Source: an uncultured Gaiellaceae bacterium (GTDB lineage Bacteria > Actinomycetota > Thermoleophilia > Gaiellales > Gaiellaceae). Taken from it: 64,000 bases of DNA. Shown one piece after another: positions 24,659 to 33,824 of this stretch. The notes below the pieces were generated by a model. It saw only the letters and a program-made list of their open reading frames with translations. It did not search any database and was not told the origin of the DNA. Made by a program: the position numbers and the translations under genes. Location: positions 33,879-97,878 of the forward strand of contig CAVXOS010000004.1 of the NCBI GenBank assembly GCA_963763465.1, given 5' to 3'. How positions within the stretch are numbered: the first letter of the stretch is position 1; each line of letters opens with the position of its first letter.

Positions 24659-25690
24659 GTGGCCGAACGCGTTCTCACACGACGCGAGCTGGGTCGCGCG
24701 ACACTCGCGCGTCAGCTCCTGCTCGAGCGGAAGCGGCTGTCGCCGACGGCGGTGATCGAGCGTCTCGTCGGCATGCAGGCGCAGTGGCCGTCAGCGCCGT
24801 ACGTCGGCATCTGGACGCGCGCGGCGAGCTTCCGGCGGGAGACGCTCGAGCGCGAGCTCGCACGCGGCGCCGTCCTCAAGGCAACCTTGATGCGGCAGAC
24901 GCTGCATCTCGTCACCCGTCGGGACTACGGGCTCCTCCGCGCGGCGATGGGCGAGATGATCTCCCGTGGGGAGTCGGCGCACGCGGAGAGCCTCGCGCCG
25001 TCCGTGCGCGCGCTCGCTGAAGCAGGCCCAGTGGCCTCGGCGGACGCGCTTGCCCAGCTCGAGCGGGAGCACGGGCTCACCGGGATCGACGCGCGGCGCG
25101 CCTGGCGCGCAGCCCGCGTGCGCGCACACGTGCTGCATCACCACGAGACGGCGCTCTGGCACGGGCGACCCGAGGGGAGGTTCGTGGCGATCGAGGAGCC
25201 AGAGGCGCACGACCCGCTCGAGGCGCGCGCCGAGATCCTTCGCCGCTATCTCGCCGCGTTCGGGCCCGCGTCGCGTCGCGACATCGTCGCCTGGAGCATG
25301 ATGCACGTGCCCGACCTGCAGCGAGCGCTCGACGTGCTCGAGCCGCTGCGTCGCTTCCGCGACGAGCAGGGCCGCGAGCTCTTGGACGTCCAACGCGCGC
25401 CGCTGCCGGACCCCGACACGCCCGCGCCTGTGCGCTTCCTGCCGAAGTGGGACAACGTCCTGCTCGCGTTCGCTGACCGGACGCGCGTGCTCCCGGAGGA
25501 GTACCGCAAGACCGTGATCCGCACGAACGGCGACGTCGCGCAGACGTTCCTCGTCGACGGGCTCGTCGCGGGTATGTGGCGGGTTGAGAACGGTCGCGTT
25601 GTCGTGGAGCCCTTCGGCGCGCTCTCACGCGCCGTTCGCCGCGAGCTCGAGGACGAGGCCGGCCGCCTGGAGGCCTTCCTCGCCGACTAG
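24659..25690 (+). CDS. winged-helix DNA-binding domain protein (YcaQ/DUF1006-like), second copy in window
   Basis: 343-aa ORF with GTG start. RATLARQLLLER...VGMQAQWPSAPYVGIWTR is the family-typical N-terminus. Confidence 0.75.
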   Translation: MAERVLTRRELGRATLARQLLLERKRLSPTAVIERLVGMQAQWPSAPYVGIWTRAASFRRETLERELARGAVLKATLMRQTLHLVTRRDYGLLRAAMGEMISRGESAHAESLAPSVRALAEAGPVASADALAQLEREHGLTGIDARRAWRAARVRAHVLHHHETALWHGRPEGRFVAIEEPEAHDPLEARAEILRRYLAAFGPASRRDIVAWSMMHVPDLQRALDVLEPLRRFRDEQGRELLDVQRAPLPDPDTPAPVRFLPKWDNVLLAFADRTRVLPEEYRKTVIRTNGDVAQTFLVDGLVAGMWRVENGRVVVEPFGALSRAVRRELEDEAGRLEAFLAD

Positions 25691-25911
25691 GCGCCTCGGG
25701 GCGCTATCAGCGTCGCGAGGAGCTCGGTCCCTGCTGTCGTCAACAGCACGTGCCCGCGGTCGATGCGAACGAGACCGTCCGCCAGGGCGTCTTCCCACAC
25801 CGACAGCCGGGGGCAGGACGTCTTCCAGGCCTCGATCGTCTCCTCGTAGCTGCGCGAGCGTTCAGCGATCCACGCGAGCAACTGAGCAGTCGGCGCGGCT
25901 GTGGTCGGCAC
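25687..25911 (-). CDS. hypothetical small protein (74 aa)
   Basis: ORF with protein-like composition (LLAWIAERSRSYEETIEAWKTSCPRLSVWEDAL). No family recognised. GTG start. Confidence 0.45.
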   Translation of the reverse strand: MPTTAAPTAQLLAWIAERSRSYEETIEAWKTSCPRLSVWEDALADGLVRIDRGHVLLTTAGTELLATLIAPRGA

Positions 25912-26207
25912 GAGTCACACCGTGACAGATGTGCTCGCAAATGTGGCGGCCAGTCGATCCACGGTGTCGCGCCAGCCGTTCTGGATCCCCAGTGAGAGCC
26001 ACTCGTGCACCTCGGCTTCGGAGAGGCTCGCCGGCAGCAGCGCGTGTCCACGATCTCAAGGAGAATCGCCGCGATTCGGCACGCGCGGGTCGTCGGGCGA
26101 CGAGCCGACGAAGACGGCTGCCAAGGGGCGCGTCGAGGAGCGCGCGCATTGGAGCCAACCCGCCTCCACGCCAGGTAGCCTCGGCGCGCGCGTGGCATGG
26201 TACGGCG

Positions 26208-26624
26208 GTGGCGGTGCGGATCGACGGATCGCTCGAGGGGATCGACTGGGCTCGAGCCAAGGCTGATCTGCAAGCGGACGACTTCGACAACGGCCGGAGT
26301 GTCGACGCGTTGCGACGATCGTTCGAGCAGTCGCAGCACGTCGCGTTCGCACGCGACGGCGAACGAGTCGTCGGTATGGCGCGGATGCTCTCCGACGGAG
26401 TCTGCAATGCGTACGTCCTCGACGTCTGGACGCTGTCGTCCTACCGGCGCCAGGGCATCGCGTCGGCCATGATGCGCGCGCTCATCGCCCACGTTCCGGG
26501 GCACCACGTCGGGCTCCAGACCGACGACGCGCAGGCGCTGTACGAGTCGCTCGGCTTCGAGCAGCAGCCGGAGTTCTGGTCGCTGGTCGTCGGCACGTGG
26601 CTCGACAACGACGCGAATCGGTGA
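26208..26624 (+). CDS. GNAT family N-acetyltransferase
   Basis: GTG at 26208 (or 26214) within ORF 25929..26624. SYRRQGIASAMMRAL is the acetyl-CoA motif. Upstream ORF sequence is Arg-rich artifact. Confidence 0.75.
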   Translation: MAVRIDGSLEGIDWARAKADLQADDFDNGRSVDALRRSFEQSQHVAFARDGERVVGMARMLSDGVCNAYVLDVWTLSSYRRQGIASAMMRALIAHVPGHHVGLQTDDAQALYESLGFEQQPEFWSLVVGTWLDNDANR

Positions 26625-26634
26625 GCGGCAGGCG

Positions 26635-28569
26635 CTAGCGCCAGTCGACGGAGACGACCGCGACGGGTTGTGAGACCCCCTTGAGCGTCTCGGTGCGCGG
26701 CTCGGAGAGCCGGAACGACGAGCCGATGCCGTCGAGCGTCTCGGCACTGACCAGGATCTCGCCCGCCCGCGCCGCCGAGCCGATCCGCGATGCAACGTGC
26801 ACTCCCTGGCCGCCGTAGTCGGTCGAGTCGGCCCCGGTGCGGAATGCGTCGCTGGCGTGAGCGCCGATCCGGACGTCGGGCGCGACGATCTCGTCGGCGA
26901 GCGCGCGCTGGATCGCGATCGCGGCGTCGACGGCGGCCTTCGGGTTCTCGAACGACGCGAAGAATCCGTCACCCGTGTGCTTCACGACCTCGCCGCCCGC
27001 GTCCGCGATGCACTCGCGGATCAGCTCGTTGTGGCGCGCCAGGAGCCGCTTCCACTTGTCGTCCCCCAGCGTCTCCAGCAGCTTCGTGGAGTCGACGATG
27101 TCGGTGAAGAGGAAGGTGCGGCGCGCTTCGACCCGGCCGAGCAGCTCCTTGACCCGCGCTTCGTCGACGGGGGCGCCGAGGCGCTCGAACGTCGCCAGCG
27201 CCGCCTCGAGCTCGACCGTGCCCGCATGCGCGTCTCCGGCGCGCGTGTACGCGAGGCCGAGCAGCGTCCGCGCGCGAGCGGTCTCGTACGGAGCGCCGAC
27301 GCCGTGCCATTCGTCGCGAGCCTGCTTCAGCGACGCGATGGCTCCCGCCCAGTCCTTCTCGGCCAGCCCGATCTGGCCGCGAGCGAGGTGCACCGTCGCG
27401 TCGAACGCAGCAGCGCGTCGATCACCGATCTTGTACTCGTCGACGATGCGGTCGCTCTCGTCGGTCGCCGCGCGAGCCGTCTTGAGGTCGCCGGCCGCGA
27501 CCGCGATCTCGACCTGAGCCGGAAGCCGGCGCAGGCGAAAGAGCGGCTGGGACGCCTCGTCGAGTGAGCGCGTGATCCCGGCGACGGCGGCGTCGATCTT
27601 GCCTTCGGCCAGCCGGAGCAGCGAGAGGCCCGGCTGTGGCTCCCGCCCCATCTCGTTCGAGGTGCGATAGGCCTCTTCGGCCCCCGCGAAGTCTCCTCGG
27701 CGGCGGCGGATCTCGCCGATCTCGTAGTGGCCACCGGCCGTGATCATGCGGTCGAAGTCGTGGAGCTCCTCGCATGCGGCGACCGCCTGCGCCTCGGCAG
27801 CCGACCAGTCCCCGCGTAGCCTCATAGCCTCGGCGCGGTGGATCCGACACGCGCCCGGGAAGCCCGTGACGTCGAGCGTGTCGCACCAGCGGTTCGCCGC
27901 CTCCGTCCACTCGGCTGCCCGTCGGAAGTCACCGACGTCCTGGCACGAGCTGATGGTGATGCAGTACACGAGGCCGGCCGAGTGGGCACGCAGGTCGCCG
28001 CACATGGCGGAGGCGCTCGCCTCGTCGAGCAGCGCGAGGCCCTTGTCGATCTGGCCGTGCTTGATCAGGCTCCGCCCCTTCCCGGAGAGCGCGAGCATCT
28101 GCACGTCGCGGCTGCCGACTCTCTTGCCGAGCTCGTAGGCCTCGTCGAACAACTCGGCCGCATGCGTGAAATCGCCCTCGGCGAACAACGCGGCGAGTGC
28201 ATGCATGAGCTTCAGCCGCCCGTGCTCGGGAGCCTCGGGAAGGTCGGCGAGCAGGCGTTCCGCGTTCGCAAGCCAGCCTCGCGCGACTGCGAACGAGCCG
28301 CGTGCCTCGTGATCCCAGCACAGGGCGAGCGCCATCCGAGCGGCGCCGAGAGGGTCGTCGTCGGCGGTGTACGCCGCGTACGCGCGCTCGCGGTGAGCGA
28401 TCGCCTCGTCGATCTTCCCGCTCCACCAGGCGGCCTCGGCGAAGCTCTCGTGGTCTGCGGCAGTCAGGGCTCCCGGATCGACGTCGGCGTATGCGGCATA
28501 CGCCGAGCGCCACGCCTGCTTCGCGGCGGCCGCGCGTGCGTCGTCGAGCACGTCGATCAGCTGAGACAT
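26635..28569 (-). CDS. adenylate/guanylate cyclase with N-terminal TPR-like helical repeat domain
   Basis: ATG at 28569 in ORF 26635..29118. The C-terminal class III cyclase domain (RTFLFTDIVDSTKLLETLGD...KHTGDGFFASF...GQGVHVASRI) follows about 450 aa of helical repeats. Confidence 0.85.
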   Translation of the reverse strand: MSQLIDVLDDARAAAAKQAWRSAYAAYADVDPGALTAADHESFAEAAWWSGKIDEAIAHRERAYAAYTADDDPLGAARMALALCWDHEARGSFAVARGWLANAERLLADLPEAPEHGRLKLMHALAALFAEGDFTHAAELFDEAYELGKRVGSRDVQMLALSGKGRSLIKHGQIDKGLALLDEASASAMCGDLRAHSAGLVYCITISSCQDVGDFRRAAEWTEAANRWCDTLDVTGFPGACRIHRAEAMRLRGDWSAAEAQAVAACEELHDFDRMITAGGHYEIGEIRRRRGDFAGAEEAYRTSNEMGREPQPGLSLLRLAEGKIDAAVAGITRSLDEASQPLFRLRRLPAQVEIAVAAGDLKTARAATDESDRIVDEYKIGDRRAAAFDATVHLARGQIGLAEKDWAGAIASLKQARDEWHGVGAPYETARARTLLGLAYTRAGDAHAGTVELEAALATFERLGAPVDEARVKELLGRVEARRTFLFTDIVDSTKLLETLGDDKWKRLLARHNELIRECIADAGGEVVKHTGDGFFASFENPKAAVDAAIAIQRALADEIVAPDVRIGAHASDAFRTGADSTDYGGQGVHVASRIGSAARAGEILVSAETLDGIGSSFRLSEPRTETLKGVSQPVAVVSVDWR

Positions 28570-28589
28570 GAACGTCTCATTGTGACCGC

Positions 28590-29597
28590 TCAGCGAGCGG
28601 TCGCGCCACCCGGATGCCGGGCGATCTGCTCGCGCACCGCCGGCGCGACCTCGCGGCCGAGCAGCTCGATCGAACGGAGGATCCCCTCGTGGGGGATCCC
28701 GCCGATCGTGAACTGGATCATGAACCGGTCGTGACCGAAGATCTCGTGCTGGAAGAGGATCTTCTCCACGACGTCCTCGGGCGTGCCGACGAAGTTCGCA
28801 CCGCGGAGCGCCGCTGCCGCGTCGTAGTCGCCGCGTGACATCGGCGGCCAGCCGCGCTCGAGGCCGATCCTGTTCATCGCGGCGGAGACGTACGGGAACG
28901 ACTCGTCGAGCGCTCGCTGCCGGGTCTCGGCGATGTAGCCGTGCGAGTTGATGCTCAGGCGCGGCGGCGCGTGCCCGGCCTCCGCGGCGGCGCGGCGATG
29001 GAGATCGGCGAACGGCCGGAAGCGCTCCGGCTGCCCGCCGATGATCGCGAGCGCCATCGGCAGGTCGAGCATGCCCGCGCGCACGGCCGACTCGGGCGTG
29101 CCGCCGACCGCGACCCACACGGGGAGGGGCTCCTGCACCGGGCGCGGATGGATCTCGTAGCCGTCCCGTGAGCGTCCCGTCTCCCGGATGGAGAGCAGCT
29201 CCGTGAGCTTCTCCTCGAACAGGCGGTCGTAGTCACGGAGGTCGAAGCCGAAGAGCGGGAACGACTCGATGAAGGAGCCGCGTCCCACCATCATCTCCGC
29301 GCGTCCGCCCGAGAGGAGGTCGAGCGTCGCGAACTGCTGGTAGAGACGGATCGGGACGGCCGAGCTCAGGACGGTCACCGCGCTCGTCAGCCGGATGCGC
29401 TCGGTGCGCGCCGCTGCGGCGGCGAGCACGACAGCGGGAGCCGACACGGCGAAGTCAGGTCGATGGTGCTCGCCGACTCCGAAGACGTCGAGCCCGACCT
29501 CGTCGGCGAGCTCGACCTCCTCGATGAGCTCGCGGAGACGCTGCTCCGCCCCTTCGCCCTGCCGCGTGTCGGCAAAGGTGAATACGCCGATCTCCAT
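28590..29597 (-). CDS. LLM-class flavin-dependent oxidoreductase (luciferase-like monooxygenase)
   Basis: 335-aa [22 protein letters not shown] and [13 protein letters not shown] are typical LLM motifs. Confidence 0.85.
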   Translation of the reverse strand: MEIGVFTFADTRQGEGAEQRLRELIEEVELADEVGLDVFGVGEHHRPDFAVSAPAVVLAAAAARTERIRLTSAVTVLSSAVPIRLYQQFATLDLLSGGRAEMMVGRGSFIESFPLFGFDLRDYDRLFEEKLTELLSIRETGRSRDGYEIHPRPVQEPLPVWVAVGGTPESAVRAGMLDLPMALAIIGGQPERFRPFADLHRRAAAEAGHAPPRLSINSHGYIAETRQRALDESFPYVSAAMNRIGLERGWPPMSRGDYDAAAALRGANFVGTPEDVVEKILFQHEIFGHDRFMIQFTIGGIPHEGILRSIELLGREVAPAVREQIARHPGGATAR

Positions 29598-29654
29598 GGT
29601 CGGGTTCTAGCGGTTCCTCGCCGTCGCCGAGCGTGCGGGAGGTTGCTCGAAACG

Positions 29655-30470
29655 CTAGGCGTTGATCCCGCGGGCTCGATGCTGCACGTAGTCGACGAAC
29701 GCAAGCGACAGCTCGACAGATCTCGGGCGTGGCGGGTCGTTCCAGGTGACGAATCGGTCTTCGAGCACCTGTTCGATCAGATCGCGCCACTCGGCAGGCA
29801 TCGTTACGAGTGCCCATTCGAGCGCGCGGCGCTTGGAGATGACCTCACCGTGCTCGAGCGTGTACAGCATCCGGCTCGGGGCTTCCACCGCGTAGCGCTG
29901 TGACCAGGAGATGTCCAAGCTCGTCCAGGTCAGGAGGTCGTCGAGGAACGTCTCGATCTGCCTCTGCATCTCTCGGCGCAGGGCCTCCGCCGGGACCTGG
30001 CAGGCGAACGTCCGTGGTGGATCTCCGGCAAGCGTGGGTGCTCGCTCGCGCAGCACCCACCTCACGTCGAGCGCGTTGCAATGGGTCGACCACTCCATCT
30101 CGCGGCTGCCTCGATTGACATAGAGCCATGGTCGGCCGAGCGCGTCCAGAGTGCGAAGGTCGCCTCTTGGCGCATACGACCCTTCGATGTTGTGCGCCCA
30201 GTAACCCGGCCAGGACGGGATCTCCTCGTGCAGGTCACGGAGCTTCTGTTCTTGTTCACCGGTGAGCTGATCGGCCGTCACAACGAGGAAGTCGCAGTCA
30301 CTCGCTGCATCACCGCCTCCAAGTGCAAACGAACCGACGAGGTACGCGCCGACCAGTCCATCGCCGAGGATCGTCCTTCCGCGTCCGAGCGCTTCCGTCA
30401 GGAGCGCGTTCAGCTCCGGGAACGCGGTTGCACCCACGTTTGCCGTCGCCTCGGGTGCCCCGCCGTGCAT
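29655..30470 (-). CDS. nucleotidyltransferase domain plus DUF4111 protein (ANT/AadA-like adenylyltransferase fold)
   Basis: ORF 29655..30533. I prefer ATG at 30470 because it leaves an 83-nt divergent intergenic region. GAYLVGSFALGGGDAASDCDFLVV is the NTase G-S...D-x-D motif. Confidence 0.7.
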   Translation of the reverse strand: MHGGAPEATANVGATAFPELNALLTEALGRGRTILGDGLVGAYLVGSFALGGGDAASDCDFLVVTADQLTGEQEQKLRDLHEEIPSWPGYWAHNIEGSYAPRGDLRTLDALGRPWLYVNRGSREMEWSTHCNALDVRWVLRERAPTLAGDPPRTFACQVPAEALRREMQRQIETFLDDLLTWTSLDISWSQRYAVEAPSRMLYTLEHGEVISKRRALEWALVTMPAEWRDLIEQVLEDRFVTWNDPPRPRSVELSLAFVDYVQHRARGINA

Positions 30471-30553
30471 GGAACGTTTGTAGCGAATGCCCTGGCGCCG
30501 CGGCGCATCCAGGTCCCTGGTGGCCGCTTTCATATCCGGTAGCGTCCTTTGCC

Positions 30554-32065
30554 ATGAGCGACGACACGAAGAACGGCGACAACGAAAGGAAGCCGGACCA
30601 CGAGCCGCCTGCCGGCGCTGAGACCACGGGAACGTGGGGACGCGGACGCAAGGCGATCCAGTACACGGCGACGGGCAAGTGGACCGTCCTGCGCAAGAAG
30701 GAGAAGCCCGCCGCGGAGATTTTCTCGGTCTCGTACATCGCGACGGGGGACGATCCCGCCCGCCCCGTGATGTTCGTCTTCAACGGCGGTCCCGGTGCGG
30801 CGTCGGCGTTCCTGCACATGGGCGCTGTCGGGCCTCAGCGCGTCGACTTCCCGCCGGACGGGACGCTCCCGACCATGCCTCCGCATCTGGTCGAGAACGA
30901 GTCGTCGTGGCTCGGCTTCTCCGACCTCGTGTTCGTCGATCCCGTCGGCACCGGTTTCAGCCGGGTGATCGAGCCCGAGACGAAGGGCGGCGACGCCAAG
31001 GACGGCGCCAAGCCCGACGACGCGCCCGACCCGAAGGAGTACTTCGGCTACAAGCGCGACCTCGAGTCGCTCTGCGAGTTCATGGGGCGCTGGCTCTCCG
31101 AGCACGGCCGCTGGGGCTCGCCCGTCTTCATCGCGGGCGAGAGCTACGGCGGCTATCGCGTCGGTCGGCTCGCTCGCATGCTCCAGGAGACGGCGGGCAT
31201 CGGCCTGAACGGTGCGATCCTCATCTCGCCCGCGCTCGAGATCACGGGGCTCGATCCGACCGATTACGAGATTCTCGGTTGGATCGACCGCGTTCCGACG
31301 ATGGCTGCGGCCGCATTGCACCATGGGCGCTCCCGTGCATTTCGAAAGGGCACATCACTCGAGAAGGCGCTGCGTGCGGCCGAGGAATTCGCTACGGGCG
31401 ACTACGCGTCGTTCCTCGCGCGCGGAGCGTCGCTTCCGGCGAAGGAGCGCATGCGGATCCTCACGCAGCTCGCCGACCTCCTAGGAGTCTCTCTCGACGT
31501 CGTGCTGCGCGCAGAGGGCCGCGTTGGGATCCTCACCTACGTGCGTGAGGTTCTCCGTGACGAGCGCAAGGTGCTCGGTCTCTACGACGCGACGATCACG
31601 GCGACCGACCCGTTCCCCGACCGCGACGGACTCTCCTGGCCGGATCCGACGCTCTCCGGCATCAGCCCCGCGTACACCATGGCCATCAACCGAATGCTGC
31701 GCTCGGAGATCGGCGTCGAGACCGATCGCGAGTACACGCTGCTCTCGTACGAGGTCAACCTCGCGTGGAAGAACGACGCCGAGCATCACGCGTTCGCTGC
31801 GCCTCCGGGGGCGACGGACGACTTCCGCTACGGAATGGCGCTCAATCCGCACATGAAAGCGTTCATCACGCACGGGCAGTACGACCTCATCACACCGTAC
31901 TTCGCGAGCGATCGCCTCCGGAACCTCATGCGGCTCGATCCGCAGATGGCCGGCCGCCTCACCGTTCAGCACTACGGCGGCGGGCACATGTTCTACGCGT
32001 GGGAGACGAGTAGGCACGCGTTTACGGCCGCGATCGCCGCGTTCGTCGCGGACGCGACCGGCTAG
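30554..32065 (+). CDS. serine carboxypeptidase (peptidase S10 family)
   Basis: ATG at 30554 in ORF 30323..32065. VMFVFNGGPGAAS, VFVDPVGTGFS and the catalytic-Ser motif FIAGESYGG are the S10 signature. Confidence 0.85.
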   Translation: MSDDTKNGDNERKPDHEPPAGAETTGTWGRGRKAIQYTATGKWTVLRKKEKPAAEIFSVSYIATGDDPARPVMFVFNGGPGAASAFLHMGAVGPQRVDFPPDGTLPTMPPHLVENESSWLGFSDLVFVDPVGTGFSRVIEPETKGGDAKDGAKPDDAPDPKEYFGYKRDLESLCEFMGRWLSEHGRWGSPVFIAGESYGGYRVGRLARMLQETAGIGLNGAILISPALEITGLDPTDYEILGWIDRVPTMAAAALHHGRSRAFRKGTSLEKALRAAEEFATGDYASFLARGASLPAKERMRILTQLADLLGVSLDVVLRAEGRVGILTYVREVLRDERKVLGLYDATITATDPFPDRDGLSWPDPTLSGISPAYTMAINRMLRSEIGVETDREYTLLSYEVNLAWKNDAEHHAFAAPPGATDDFRYGMALNPHMKAFITHGQYDLITPYFASDRLRNLMRLDPQMAGRLTVQHYGGGHMFYAWETSRHAFTAAIAAFVADATG

Positions 32066-32410
32066 CTGCGCTCCGAGATATAGGCGGCCGCGAGCCGCTT
32101 CGGCGCCTGGATGAGCCAGGCGTCCTCGAGCCGTTCGCGGAGCTCCTCACGATCGATCGCCTCGACTCGGATCTGGACGGCGGGGAAGCCCGTGTAGTGC
32201 GGGCTCGTGAAGTACACGTCCGGGTTCGACTCGAGGATGAGCTCCTTCTCGTCGCGATCCACGCGGACCGCGAGCCCGCCGCCGTCGCGCTCGCGTGCCT
32301 CCCAGGCGAAGCCCTTGCCGCGGACGCCGAACGCGACTCGACCGGAGGTGGCCGGCCTCGGCCTCCGGGAAGGTGAGCGCGAGCTCGCGGACCGTGTCCC
32401 AGTCGGCCAT
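32062..32410 (-). pseudogene. MmcQ/YjbR family DNA-binding protein, frameshifted
   Basis: The N-terminus MADWDTVRELALTFPEAEAG (frame of ORF 32147..32563) continues as TSGRVAFGVRGKGFAWE...YFTSPHYTGFPAVQIRV...APKRL in the frame of ORF 32062..33330. The junction lies in GCCGGCCACC near 32350-32360. Confidence 0.75.
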
Positions 32411-32436
32411 GGCCGGACGATAGTCTCGGCGCGCGA

Positions 32437-33498
32437 ATGAAGACATGGATCGGGATCGGAGCGGCGTTCGTGGTGGCGGCGATCCTCGGGGTGCTCCACT
32501 ACACCGATGCGAACGCCGTCGCGCAGTTCGTGGTCGCGATCGTCGCGCTCGCACTGCTCGCATGGACGGTCGGCGTCGGCACCGAGGTGGTCGGCTCTCG
32601 GTTCGGTCCCGCGACGACGGGCGTTCTCCAGTCGACGCTCGGCAACCTGCCCGAGCTCTTCATCGTCGTGTTCGCGTTGCGAGCCGGCGAGATCGTCGTC
32701 GCCCAGACGTCGATTCTCGGCTCGCTGCTCGCGAACGCGCTCCTGATCCTCGGACTGGCGATCATCGCGGGCGCGTACCGATCGGACGACGGCATCATGC
32801 GCTTTCACACGCGGCTGCCGAACGACACGACGATGCTGTTGATGCTCGTCGTGTTCATGATCGCGATCATCTCGACGTCGATCTCGCTCGGCGACAAGGC
32901 GTCGGACAACGCGGAGACGATCTCGGTGATCGGCGCGGTCCTGATCCTCTGTGTGTACGGCGCCTGGCTCGTGAACTACCTGAGAGCGGGCGCGCAGCAG
33001 GAGCCGGCGATCGAGGACCAGCATGCACCGGCGATGAGCTTTCGCGCGGGACTCGTCGTCCTCGCGCTCGCAGGGGTCGCAGCCGCCTTCACCTCCGAGT
33101 GGTTCGTCGCCGTGATCGACCCGGCCACCCAGGAGCTCGGCATCTCGAAGGCGTTCACCGGGCTCGTGATCGTCGCGATCGCCGGGAATGCGGTCGAGAA
33201 CGTCGTGGGGATCCAGCTGGCGTGGAAGCAGCGGTACGACCTCGCGATCTCGGTGGTGAAGAACTCGGTCGCGCAGATCGCGGCGTTCCTCTATCCGGCG
33301 CTCGTGCTCATCTCGATGCTCTTCGCGCAACGGCTCACCTTCGGCCTGCCGTCGGACGGGCTCGTGCTGGTGGTCGCGCTCGTCTTCGCTGCGCTCGCCA
33401 TCTGGCAGATCACGGGGGACGGGGAGGCGGCACCGTACGAGGGTCTCGCGCTGGTCGCGACCTACGCGCTGCTCGCGACCGTCGTGTGGTTCGAGTGA
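32437..33498 (+). CDS. calcium/proton exchanger (CaCA family, Cax/ChaA-like)
   Basis: 353-aa polytopic ORF with two alpha-repeat motifs, GNLPELFIV and GNAVENVVGI. Confidence 0.85.
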   Translation: MKTWIGIGAAFVVAAILGVLHYTDANAVAQFVVAIVALALLAWTVGVGTEVVGSRFGPATTGVLQSTLGNLPELFIVVFALRAGEIVVAQTSILGSLLANALLILGLAIIAGAYRSDDGIMRFHTRLPNDTTMLLMLVVFMIAIISTSISLGDKASDNAETISVIGAVLILCVYGAWLVNYLRAGAQQEPAIEDQHAPAMSFRAGLVVLALAGVAAAFTSEWFVAVIDPATQELGISKAFTGLVIVAIAGNAVENVVGIQLAWKQRYDLAISVVKNSVAQIAAFLYPALVLISMLFAQRLTFGLPSDGLVLVVALVFAALAIWQITGDGEAAPYEGLALVATYALLATVVWFE

Positions 33499-33505
33499 CC
33501 CAGCG

Positions 33506-33799
33506 CTAGCGGATCGCGGCCGCGATCGACTGGAACGCGACGGGGTGGTCGCGGACGATCGCGTAGTCGAGCGCCGCGGGAAGGCTTGAGAGCTTGACGA
33601 TCACGAGATCGCGCGCGATGTCGAGCCAGAAGAACTGGCCGCAGATGCACGTCGCGTACATGCGGCTGTCGTCGCCCGTTATCCACCACTGGTTTTGATG
33701 GCTGCCCTTCGGATACGCGCGGCCGAACTCGGTCTCCGCCGCGTGCGCCGGATCTCCCCGGCGCCATAGAGCCGCCGAGCCGTCGACTGCACGCAGCAC
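33506..33799 (-). pseudogene. 3' remnant of a serine hydrolase / class C beta-lactamase-family gene
   Basis: The 97-aa ORF encodes only the C-terminal part of the fold (HQNQWWITGD...CGQFFWLDIARDLVIVKLSS). It lies 25 nt from the divergent sigma-factor start, so there is no room for the catalytic SxxK N-terminal domain. Confidence 0.6.
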
Positions 33800-33824
33800 T
33801 GCTCGTAACGGCTAGCGTGGCGTC

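Noticed and set aside
22582-24678. 698-aa minus-strand ORF
   Set aside because: It lies antisense to the SRPBCC, DUF1326 and DUF2182 genes and is Arg/Pro-rich. The plus-strand genes carry clear family motifs.
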